This document shows, piece by piece, positions 35,671 to 47,435 of a stretch of 57,301 nt of DNA. Each line of letters opens with the position of its first letter. Within the stretch, counting starts at the first letter, position 1. The stretch spans positions 16,264,898-16,322,198 of the forward strand of contig NC_069004.1 in the NCBI RefSeq assembly GCF_001194135.2. Reading direction: 5' to 3'. The DNA is from Octopus bimaculoides. Its lineage: Eukaryota. Below the pieces are notes generated by a model. That model did not search any database. It saw nothing but the letters and a program-made list of their open reading frames with translations, and was not told the DNA's origin. The position numbers and the translations under genes were made by a program.

Positions 35671-36215
35671 AATACATTTGTAGGACAATCTACTGTGTCA
35701 TTGATATATTTGTAGACTGTTTACTGTGTCATTGATACGTTTATAGAACAGTATACTGCATGACTGATACATTAATAGAACAGTTGACTGTGTCTATGAT
35801 ATATTTATTGAAGAGTCTGCTGTGTCACAGATGTATTTATAGAACAGTTTACTGTGTCTCTAATACATTTGTAGAGTGCTTATTGTGTCACTGATTCACT
35901 GATAACAGTTCACTGTGCCATTGAAGTATTTACAGAAAACCTACTGTGTCACTAATACATTTATAGAACAGTCTTCTGTGTCCCTGATACATTTATAGAA
36001 CAGTCTTCTGTGTCCCTGATACATTTATAGAACAGTCTTNNNNNNNNNNTTCTGTGTCCCTGATACATTTATAGAACAGTCTTCTGTGTCCCTGATACAT
36101 TTATAGAACAGTCTTCTGTGTCCCTGATACATTTGTAGGTCCTTTATAAAACAGCCTACTGCGTCACTGATACATTTGTAGGTCTATTGTGTCACTAATA
36201 TGTTTATAGAACATA
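35671..36215. repeat. 32-bp minisatellite (CTGTGTCCCTGATACATTTATAGAACAGTCTT)n, about 17 units
   Basis: Identical units at ~35960-36135 (spanning a 10-N gap); increasingly degenerate toward both ends. Confidence 0.92.
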
Positions 36216-36790
36216 TCAGCTTCCAGCACAGTCTTGAAAAGTCTCTGGAACGTAGCACATTTGTTCCTTACTGTATCCCTGGAAGATCTTCAAACGCCTC
36301 TTTGATCCTGATCCAGCTCAGCCCTAGTGTTGCATGCAGAGCATACAATTGGGGTAATTAGGAGACCAGAAATTGGAACTGGTATATTTGTAGAAATTCT
36401 CTTTCTGGAGGTATGGCAAGGATTGGAATCTTGTTGCCACACATATTGCCTTCCAGCAGCAATCCTCACAAGCCAGGTTTTGACCAGTCTCCAGCAGCTT
36501 CACATAGATGTTTGAATTGAGCCTAAGGCCCTGTTCATCAGTTATTGGATAAATTCCAGCATGCAAATGCAGTCAGAATCCCTGCGGTGTCCCTTCCTCC
36601 TGGCTATGGCTTTGTAGTCTCCATTACAGCTGTCCATGTCACATCATACAGCTTTTACAGTCTTCACATAGCATTGAATAGCAATCATGATGTCATTTTG
36701 ATACCTAGTGTAAATCACCATGATACAGGTAACTCTTTTCCAGTATTCAGATGGCTTCCAGTCCACCATGCCAGCTAACTTTTTCTCAAC
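36215..36790 (-). mobile_element. maT-like fragment with the N-terminus joined directly to the catalytic region
   Basis: KTVKAV*CDMDSCNGDYKAIARRK (cf. DESNGDYEG in the 31 kb copy) followed almost immediately by GLRLNSNIYVKLLET...AAGRQYVWQQDS..CHT. Confidence 0.7.
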
Positions 36791-38391
36791 TACAACTTTA
36801 TGCTCTCCAATGCCATTGACTATTCACCAATACATTAAGCTGTTCCTGTAAAAGGAAAACATTTATCCCAAACACCCTGTACAAAACAAGTAATGTCCAC
36901 CTGTCAGTAAATCTGCCTTTAGCAATATTCTCCAATCACTGGTCACCACTATTTTCTCTCTACCATATTCTCTGTTCTTTTGATTTTGTTCTCTATACCT
37001 CTCTCCTCCAAACCAAATTGATGCACCCACCCTTCCTTTACTTTCCACAATTGCTTGACCATTATTCTAATTAGCTAGGATGTTCTTATACGGGATATTG
37101 GAGAATAGAGATCTTTGTTGGTTAGAAGTAGAATGGAGTTGATTTCAGAGGATTGCAGTTTGAAACAAACAGAAGGATCGAGAAAAGTGTTCAGTACAGT
37201 ATCTAAGATGATAGGAGGTCTACAATCAGCAAATGTGGTGAAACAGAGATCCATACCATATATGAGCAGGTATTCCCATACAGTTGACAATCATGTGGTT
37301 TGGGATTTGGTATTACTATAGTGAAGTACTAAGTGACTGATTTATGTCTCAGTCAGTTCAAGTTTTGTGAATGATATTGGGTAAAGGGAAACTATGTAGA
37401 AACCATTCTTGGGAGGTCGACCTAATCAGTTGCCTGGTTTAACCTGCTTTTGATACATTGTTGCAAGCTTTTAGAACATGCAATCATTCTGAGATGTGGC
37501 TTCTCTCATTCTCCTTCCAACTAAATTGTGAAATATAATGGTACTAGCAGTAGAAGAAACAGGTAGAAAAATATAGCTGGATGATGTATAACTAGCAGAA
37601 GCATGGATAAAATATGTGTATATATTTTTACATAATCTTGTTAGTCTTTTAAGTAGATTGAAGTGTGATTGAAACCATACACTTACAATATACACATTGC
37701 TTTGTAGCTTTGATGAATGCTGAAATTGACATTTAATCTCTAACTGTATTCTGGACTGTTTTCTTATTCCACTATAGAAGCTTTCTTGTAATCAAAGACC
37801 AATAATAGTGCTACTGTTATTTGACAGCTTGTTCATGAGATCAAATTTTGGCATTGTTATGCATAAATCTGTCACATTTGCATTCTTTGGTCTCCATGCT
37901 GATTTCTGTAAAGCTAGCCTGTCATGTATATCCTGTGAAATATTAATTGGACATCCATCTTCCATTATTCTGTTATGGAAAATCTCTCAAGAATCTTCTA
38001 GTAATTTCCATTTATCTACTTATTTCTTTATTTACATTGTAAATAATATTTTTCACTTTTGTGATTATCAAAGGCTTATATGTTACAGTTGGTATGAGTA
38101 GCAGATGGAGGGAGAGAAAAAAATACAGTATGCAAATGTGAAGAAAGACAAGAATGTATGTAAAAGAGAGAGAGAGAGAAAACAATAGATTACTAAATTG
38201 CAGAGAATTTTTGAGGGGTTAGTAGCAGTTGTATAGACTTATAATATTGCAATATAACATCTTTCTGTGTCATCTGAACTGTTTGATGCCCAATTATCTA
38301 AGATCTAATCTAACCACTTCTCAAATATTTCTCTGCCTATTTCTATCATGAGGTCCTTATACCATAAGGCACTTATTTTGTGCTGTCAAAA

Positions 38392-38520
38392 GGCATGGCT
38401 TAGTGATTAGGGTGTTTGGCTCATGGGTTTGGTTTCTGCATTGGTGACATGTCGTATCCTTGAGCAAAGCACTTCATTTCACATGGCTCCACTCTACATG
38501 GCTGTAATGAGTACCAATCT
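38392..38520 (+). mobile_element. Degenerate SINE family B fragment
   Basis: GGCATGGCTTAGTGATTAGG...CCTTGAGCAAAGCACTTCATTTCAC...GCTGTAATGAGTACC. Confidence 0.6.
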
Positions 38521-40307
38521 GGTGCTGGTGCAATTATGGGATGAGACAGCTGGGGGGAGAGAGAGAGAAAGATAAACTGCGTCAGAAAGGTCAAGGTAAA
38601 GAAGTTGAGAGGATGTGTATGTCTATTCACATCTACATTAGCACTTAAAGCAATTAAGGGTAGTATGGTACATATTACCTGGCCTTAATCACTTGTAAAT
38701 GAATGCTGATTGGTACTTTATCATGTGCTGTGTGCTATAAAGAGGTGTACTGGGGGAAAAGCATAGATTTAAGGTGTTGAGGTGGAGTTCAGTTATAAGA
38801 TTTTAGGTAAGGTGGATTTTTCATATGAAATGATGTAGGAGTAATGATGGAAGATATATACTCTTCTGCAGCCAAGTCCATCTTATACCACATCAAAAAT
38901 AATGAACACTAAACAGATTGTGTGTGTGTGTGTGGGGTGTTCCATTTTATTGTGACATTTAAGATCTAAGCTTATTTAAACATTTCTTAAACTAGGAGGA
39001 ATGTTTCCAGGATTCCAGAGAGAAAATTTGGACTCCAAAAGAGAAATAGATTTTTAGGTTGAAAATTTTTTCCTCCTTATTTACAATGTATTTGCTAGAT
39101 ATATGCTCTACCCTTAAAAGTTTATCTCTGAGCATTTCTACTTCACATTTTAATGTAAAGTAGTTAGAAGTTGGGAGTTTTAGTTTAACTCAGACTTTCC
39201 CAGCTGGGAAAGCAGTAAGAGCTATATATAAGGTAAAGAGTCTAAGGGTGTTGCAATGGGTTCTTAAATTAATGTTCTAGACATTTATTGCTACCCCATA
39301 AAGCTGTTTATGTTATTTTTCTATTTAACCTCCAACCAACTACTTACAATGAATGTGTAGTTTCTCCTCCTATGCCTCATTTTCTGCCATCCTGTCACTT
39401 TGTCCCTGCCACACTTGTATTCATAAACTCCTCTTTCACATTCATGCTTGTCATATTCTTTCTATTTTCACTTTCAGTCACATTTACCTTAAAAAGGATG
39501 GAAACTATGTAGAGTAGAGACAATCCTGTAATTTTGTAGGAAACAAGTCAACTTTTTCAGTACTGATGCCTCAGTAAAATGCACCCAGTGCATCCTGTAA
39601 AATGGCTGACATTTGAACAGGCACAGTGTAGAGTTTTTAGTTGCATCAAGGACATGACCTCCTCTCTAGTGCCACAATAAAATGCACTTAGTCCACTCTG
39701 TGAGTAACTGGTGCTAGGCTGGGCAGCCAGTCATAAGAACCATGATTGTTTTGGGAGAGAATTAACTCTGATTAAGAGTTGACTCAAACTCTGACAACCT
39801 GTCTGACCCAAGCTACCAAAGAAAACAGATGTAAATAATGCTAATGATGATAATTATGATGATTATCACATATCCCCACCTTTTTATTTTTAATTATGAT
39901 AAAGAATAGTATCTTCCTTCACTATCTAAAAAAAAGATTATCCATTTTTTTCTTTCTTAGAAGTGAATATTACTACAAATTTACAAGAATGATATTACAT
40001 TCTGTTCATGTACGCCCTCACACCAGATTATTGACAGTGTAAAGTGATACGAAATTACTCCAATAAGGAATCAAAATCAGCTCATTAACTCACGTAATCA
40101 CTTATTTTATAATTCTGACTTTGTTTTTGATATTATTTCTAAAATTAAATCATGGATCTCAAATGAAATCAGTGTTAGATAAATTTTGAGTAAATCTTAT
40201 GGCTGTGGTCATAAAGAGAGTGTTGTTCATTTGTGTTATCTATGTAAGGTTACATGGACTACACTTCATGGTTGCAGTGTCTCCAGTAACTGGTAGTAAC
40301 TCATTTT

Positions 40308-40379
40308 CCAGAACACTATGATCAGATACATAAAGTGGGCAAACATACTCACTTTATGTATCTGATCATATTGTTCTGG
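40308..40379. repeat. Near-perfect hairpin: 32-bp arms, 8-nt loop (pre-miRNA-sized)
   Basis: CCAGAACACTATGATCAGATACATAAAGTGGG-CAAACATA-CTCACTTTATGTATCTGATCATATTGTTCTGG; one mismatch and one G-U pair. Confidence 0.9.
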
Positions 40380-41929
40380 ATAATATATAATAGCTTTCCA
40401 TATTCCAGCAAGATATGAATCCCTAACACCAGGGAGGGCAATGACTGCAGTTATAAAGATTTATTCATCACTATCTTTCATTCTTTCAATGACGATGAAA
40501 TAAGTACCAGTCCATTTCAGTGCTGGGTGTATTTCTAATTAAACACACTGATTTGTTTCAATTGATTTTGAAAATAATCAAGATTTGGGAGTCTAAGAAT
40601 TGTCAAGTGTGCAATAAAAAAAAAATTACATAAGGGACAATCTTATTTCCCTACAAAGGTGGAGAAATAAGATGATTATTTTCATTACTAAGGAATTGAT
40701 CTTTAAGGTTTGTTTATGGTTAATTCTTGGCAGTTTCATTCCTGGCAATAAACTGTTGTTGTTGGTACTTGTTTTTTGGGGGAATGTTTTTAATGAATTT
40801 TAATCTACTAAGAAAATATTGCAAGAGAACACTGAAAACCCAGTTCTTTATGAAGTTATAGACAACTTCCTTGTCGTTCTCACCTACAGAAATACAGTAG
40901 CTCAGTGATTAGTGAATTGGAAACTTGTAATCAACGATGCTGTTCTTCACAAACTGTGATATAAAATTAATAAAAAAAAATATACAAGCAAGAGATGTCC
41001 ACCATTTCAACCAAGGAATCTGTATTTCAATTTCAGAGGAAATGAGATAATGTATTATTCTCAAAGGTATTGGCAATGTGTAAGTAGAAATTGAAACTGG
41101 ATCATAGGTTCAGCTTATTGCAGCCCCCTGTCCTCCACTCTTTACCTGCCACATTAATACAGGGAGAGGTGAAGTTAAATGTTTGATGAAAGAAGACCAG
41201 ATTGAAATGGTGTTGAGAGAACAGATGGAACAGCTATCCATTCCTGCCATGCTGAGATGACCTGGAGGCTTAATGGAGGCTATAGTGTGATAACTGATGA
41301 TTAAATGATTTCTTTTTTTGACTCACTGACTTGATTAACATACACACACACACACAACTTTATATGAGTAAGTGTTTGTGTGTGTGTGTGTGTGAAAGAG
41401 GAGTAGGGGTAATACAATGGCAAGTTAATGATGATGGTAATAATATTGATTTCTAACATTGGCACAATTCCATAATTTTTTTGGCAGAAGGAAAAGGTAT
41501 AGTCAATTAAATCATTCCAGTACTTGACTGGTACTCTATTTTCTTTGTTCTGCAACTATATGGTTCCAGGTTTGACACTTTTAGGTAGTGATTTTTACCT
41601 TAGCCATGGGTCTATCAGTGCTACTTGAGTGGAATTTGGTAGATGGAAATTGAAAATATGCCATGTGTCAAACAAAAGTATCATGTTGAGTTATATCCAT
41701 GAACAAAGGCTGATATGGTTGTTTGACAAGTTGAGATTGATGAAATAAGTACCAGAGGAAGTATGGAGGTTGATTATTCTACTAAAAGCAAAACTTGAAG
41801 ATGCCATCCCAGTATGATCTCAGTCTTTTTACAAGTATTCCAAAGAAGATTTTCATTTGTTAATGCTTCAGTAAAGTATCTCAAAGAGAGAAGCACATTA
41901 TAAGAGCTAAATAATAATAATAATTATTA

Positions 41930-43048
41930 TTGTAAGGGATGGGGAACTAAATAAACTCAAAGAGTGATGTGGCAGGATTGTATGTAGAGGAAAACAGGTG
42001 GAAAGGAATTAGTGAGCAGTGAGAGTTATGTAATAGAAGAAGAGAACAGCCTTGCATTGTATGCCACGAGTAGTAAAGAAGAAATGATTAAAGCAGTGAA
42101 AACGCAGGGAAACTTAAATGTGAATGAGGCAGGAGACTCAAAACAATTTTAAAAAGTCCAGAAAAAACAGGAGAAAGTTTGGCCTGACAAGAAAATGCCA
42201 TCAGGTCTTGAAGGATGAAGATGAGATTGACTGGAATGAAACTTGGTAATGGCTGCAAAAGAAAACTTAAAAGGCTGCACTGAGGCATTAGTTTGTGGCA
42301 CTCAAGAGTAGGCTCTCAGAACATATTACCCCAAGTACCATATTGATAAAAGCATTGACTCCCCACTATGTAGAATGCGTTACAAAAAGGAAGAAAGCAT
42401 AAGCCACATTGTCAGTGAGTGCAGTAAGCTGACACAGCATAAATATAAAAGGACAACATAGTGCACTGGCAGCTGTGTGATAAAACAAACTTTGAGAGAC
42501 TTGAGCAATGGTATGAGCACAAGCCAGAGCTGGAAAATGAACAATATAAAATCTTCTGGGATATTAATATACAATTTGACCTAATCATAAAGTCAAGAAG
42601 ACCAGATATTGTGCTCATTGATAAAGATGGAAAAGAGGCTAGGTTCATTCATGTTGTGATAGTAGGTGATTCAAAGGTGAAAGATAAAGACCTAGGAAAA
42701 ATAGAGAAATACTAGCAACTCAGGGATGAGTTAGGGAGGAAAGCTTTGGAGTATGAGGAAAGTGATTGTGATACTGGTAGTAATTGGAGAATTGGGAGCA
42801 GCCTCTTTGAGATTTGAAAAACATGAGAATATTGGTGTTGCTATTAGGCTTGAAAGTGATCTTGGAAACAGCTTTGTTGGTACAGCTTGTATTCTAAGGA
42901 TACAGGTAGTATCTTTGAGACACAGAAGAAAGCTTTACATGAAACCTTTGGTAACTTGCTATTACCTGCTTTCAAGTAAAGAAAAACTGGAAATTAAGAT
43001 TTACCCACGTGTCAAAGAAAGAAAATAATAATAATAATAATAATAATA
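41930..43048 (+). mobile_element. R4/Dong-clade non-LTR retrotransposon, 5'-truncated, zinc knuckle and restriction-like endonuclease
   Basis: SDVAGLYV..; EALVCGTQE*ALRT..KYHIDKSIDSPLCRM(R)YKKEESISHIVSEC; WQLC..; WYEHKP..LENEQYKIFWDINIQFD..IKSRRPDIVLID..KIEKY; VIGELG. (AAT)n at both ends (41910-41925 and 43024-43048). Confidence 0.85.
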
Positions 43049-43350
43049 GATACCAGGCTGTGGCTCTCATGGCTTTTGATCTAAACTGATTGGAAGTGTT
43101 ATCATGTACATTGTTTTGTCTTGGTATAAAAGATGGGCAACAGCAAATATTCTGCTCAGTACCATAGATTTGCTTGTCAGTTGTTTGACTTTAACCAGTT
43201 GAGCATGTCCTTTAGTAGCTGACAATATGTGCATCTCTGATCATGAGCAGAAGTAGTGGGGGAGTATCATAGCCATGTGCTGAGAGGAAGTCTTTGGGGT
43301 TTGAATAATTCACCTCTGGAAACATGGGTGTTTTGTTCATCATCCTAAAA
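43049..43350 (+). mobile_element. Partial copy of the (AAT)n-associated repeat also seen at 18260-18716
   Basis: Direct alignment by eye; begins immediately after the (AAT)n tract. Confidence 0.7.
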
Positions 43351-43493
43351 CAAAGATGATTATCAGCTGGCCAGCTCCTGTCAAACTATCCAACCCTTGT
43401 CAGTATGGAAAAGTGGACATTAAATGATGATGATGAATAATGTTGATATTAATATTCTAAGTTCAAATTCACTTGACATCAGTTTTTTGCCTT

Positions 43494-43536
<43 letters not shown>

Positions 43537-45873
43537 TTGACTCTTCTCTTAATACATATCAAGTACTATTTTGTTGATGTTGGGGAGATGAAAATTAAAA
43601 TTGACTCTAGCAGGATTTAAACTCAGAACATAGAAAGGCAAGTCTGCATATTGCAATTTCACTATTTTGTTATTTCTTCCAATATTCTGCATTCAAAAGC
43701 AATCATCATCATTATTATTGTAATGAGAGCTGTGCAGTAGAAATAAATTCTTGGAAATCTAATGCCAGTTTCAATTGTACATTAGTACCATTTCATTTAC
43801 CTCATCTTATATTTCTTTCTTTTCCACATCAGAAATTTCCATTATTACTCTCCTAAAAATCATAGACTTTATGCCTATGGAAAAAACAGTAATTATTACT
43901 GTTTTCCATGTCTGCTTTCTTTATAATTGATTCTGTGTAAATCCTCATTGTCTTTCTAGTTTGTCCTTGCAAGGCCCCCTCATCTGTTCTCTTTGCAGCA
44001 TATAGAAAAATTGTGTTGCTGTCTCCCCAGTGTACCATTAAGGTGTCTCAAATATATCGTCTAAAATTGTGTTAAGAAAATCCTGTTCTTGCCATTCTAA
44101 GAAAAGAATGGTAAGGAGTGTGGTGGTGAGGAGGGTAAACTAGGGAAACAATAGAAAAACAATTTTTCAACCAATTCCAGACAACTATTTATAGAATTCA
44201 GTAAACACAACAATCTTCTTTTTACTGTATGTTGACGGGACTCATCCAAGCATGAAAACATTGGAGAAAAGAAGGCGCCAGTTCCAACTGTTTCTCTCTA
44301 TTTGAACAGTTGATCAGTCTTTCTACAACAACCAAGTGAATGGAAATGAATTTGAAGTCTTACATTTGTGAATTGGCCACATGGTCTACATACTTTCCTT
44401 GTAACCCTTAATTTGGTGTAGACCCCATTCAAAACTTGTCTTTTTTCTTAAAGTGTGTGAAAGGCAAGCTGCTGTTGTTTATCCGTTGTCAACTTTCATC
44501 AAGCTGGACCTATAAATCAAAGCAATCCAGCTGTGACTGTCCTATCTTTTTAGGGGTTTGCAGAACTACATTATCTCATATACCGTTTTCTTATTTAAGA
44601 TGTAAAGTGTGATTTAAAAGCAGTTTGCCTGTTTTTTTTTTTTTTAAGTAGGATGGGAATAAGAAGACAAAGAGGTTGTGGTACTCAAGCCTTTCCAGAG
44701 AGGTAATTGGTGATATATGTGAAATGAAATTAACAATGGGAACTGGATCACAGAATCAGTCCACTAGAAACTCATTTCTACCTTGTGTTGTTGTTTTTCT
44801 TCTTCTTTTTCTGGTTCTGAGATAAGACATTATTGGTTTAAATGTTTTGTTTATTGTATTTTACTTGCTGGTAAACACATCGATAACCTACTGTGAAAGG
44901 GATGATGGTTGACTGGTTGGTTGTATTGATGTTTAAGGAGAACTGTTAGAAGTTAATATTTCAAGGGAGATGTAGGTGAGATGGGAGGGACCAGTTGCAG
45001 AGATGGGAGGTGATTAGGTAAGGTGGGCATTGAAAAGACAAGAATGTTTAAGGTGTGAGGTAAAAAAAAAGTATAGGTAACAATAGTAGTGTCTGACAGG
45101 TATATTTAAAATGAAGGAGATAGGACATGGTGTTGTGTAAATATCCCAATCATATCTGTCACTGGTTTACTGTCTGCCAGCCTGTGTTGTATGGTTGTGC
45201 TGTGGCATGCTGGGGTAGGAGAAGAGGACTATGTTCTAAAATCTTAGATATTTTTTTTCCATAACTACATATCTCACTTTTTTTTTTTTTTTTTTTTTGC
45301 TCACTGAAATTCCTTTAGATGAAGCAGGTGGCCACTGGTCTCCCTTCGTTCTTGTGATGATTATCTTTTTCATCTTTTGGATTTGTTGGTGTGTATGTTC
45401 AATTGTAAAAGAATAGTTGGTGTCTGTATGGCAGTATGGTAAACTCAAACCCCCTCCTCCTCCTTCATTTTAACTATTGTCTTCATTGGATCATCACTGC
45501 TAACATCAATTATCTTTTTCTGATTGAGGATAATAATTTGTTTTTTTCTTTCTATATAATGAATTTTGTGATTTTTATGAATGGATTTATGTGAGGAGTT
45601 TCTCAATAGCATCAGAAATATAAGTAAAATGATTCCAGTTGAGGTTTGAATCCAAAAATTTTAATCTGTAGTCTTGTTTTCACAGAGAACTGACCATTCC
45701 ATTGCACTTCATTGTGAACTGCTGGAATAAAGACAAACGTAAAGCATCATCAGTTGATAGCAGTGATATACTTCTGTCTTCTTTCCACTATGAATAGTGA
45801 TATGGGATCAGTGGAAGTTTATACCTTCAGATCATTTGTATTTGTCTTAAACTCCATTTCATTTGGAAACTTG

Positions 45874-45927
<54 letters not shown>

Positions 45928-46338
45928 NNNNNNNNNNNNNNNNNNNNNNNNNNNNNNNNNNNNNNNNNNNNNNNNNNNNNNNNNNNNNNNNNNNNNNNNN
46001 NNNNNNNNNNNNNNNNNNNNNNNNNNNNNNNNNNNNNNNNNNNNNNNNNNNNNNNNNNNNNNNNNNNNNNNNNNNNNNNNNNNNNNNNNNNNNNNNNNNN
46101 NNNNNNNNNNNNNNNNNNNNNNNNNNNNNNNNNNNNNNNNNNNNNNNNNNNNNNNNNNNNNNNNNNNNNNNNNNNNNNNNNNNNNNNNNNNNNNNNNNNN
46201 NNNNNNNNNNNNNNNNNNNNNNNNNNNNNNNNNNNNNNNNNNNNNNNNNNNNNNNNNNNNNNNNNNNNNNNNNNNNNNNNNNNNNNNNNNNNNNNNNNNN
46301 NNNNNNNNNNNNNNNNNNNNNNNNNNNNNNNNNNNNNN

Positions 46339-46606
46339 GTTACGGGGACATAAACACACCAGCATCGGTTGTCAAGCGATGTTGGGGGGGACAAACACAG
46401 ACATACAAACACATACACACATACATATATATATACATATATACGACAGGCTTCTTTCAGTTTCCGTCTACCAAATCCACTCACAAGGCATTGGTCGGCC
46501 CGAGGCTATAGTAGAAGACACTTGCCCAAGATGCCACGCAGTGGGACTGAACCCGGGACCATGTGGTTGGTAAGCAAGCTACTTACCACACAGCCACTCC
46601 TACGCC
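46339..46606 (-). mobile_element. Young tRNA-derived SINE (family A), 3' part lost in a gap
   Basis: Minus strand GGCGTAGGAGTGGCTGTGTGGTAAG (A box) ...CCGGGTTCAGTCCCACTGCGTGGC (B box); CpGs retained; internal (TA/TG)n. Confidence 0.9.
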
Positions 46607-46704
46607 TGTCTTTTCTTATTTTGTAGGACCCTTACCCTCCTCCACAACAAATATATGAGCATAGAAAATAAATACAACACACACATGCAAACCTCTCCCT
46701 TTAA

Positions 46705-46770
46705 CCCTTTAGTGTTCAGATTAATTTGTCAAATGTAATGCTTATCTGTTCACATTAATTTTGATTTATT
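46705..46770 (+). mobile_element. TTAA|CCCT-type terminus (piggyBac-like end or MITE fragment)
   Basis: TTAA then CCCTTTAGTGTTCAGATT; no matching AGGG|TTAA partner end found. Confidence 0.35.
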
Positions 46771-47435
46771 CAGGTTCAAGTGGGGTGTCCACAATATTTG
46801 CTTNNNNNNNNNNAGGTTCAAGTGGGGTGTCCACAATATTTGCTTGTAACTTTGTTAATTTTCTACATACAGATTTGAAATTTTGTAAATGGGTGCTTAT
46901 ATGCCAGTGGTTTATAGCTACATAATTTTAGCTGATCTTTCTGATTAAATTTGACTTTTATGGGCAATTTAATTAACAGGTGTAAACAACAATAACATTA
47001 TGAATAAACACTAAAATTCATATTCTTAATACATCTTACCTGTTTGATTTGTTACTAAAATTATCCCAGATGTCAGCCGCCAACAATTTTACATTTTTCA
47101 AGATGAGGTACATTAATTTGAATTAATTAAAATACAGGTGTAATCAGTACAAGATATTGTTCTTTCTCAATATTTTATTCAAACATTTTCATTGAAAATA
47201 AAGTACAAAACTCTTTCACTAGTCAGTATACCATTGGCTATGTACTCCTATACAAGTTAATGAATTCATTTATGTAACAATGCATCTAATAAAAAATGCT
47301 CATTAACAGGTGAGACAAAGGTGGATACAGGTGTGTAACATACTGAAAATTAATATGTATTTCTCACTTTCACATTATTTATAATAAAACGAAAAGGAAT
47401 ATATGATAAAATAATATAGTTACAAAATAATATAG

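Noticed and set aside
35671-36215. 32-bp repeat as a CRISPR array
   Set aside because: Units are contiguous with no unique spacers, the context is eukaryotic, and there are no cas genes.
46540-46606. tRNA gene
   Set aside because: A and B boxes are present but there is no complete cloverleaf, and the sequence continues into a multi-copy SINE body; the same applies at 12000-12061 and 18757.
46772-46845. Exact 32-bp direct repeat
   Set aside because: The two copies flank a 10-N gap, typical of an unmerged contig overlap (assembly artefact).
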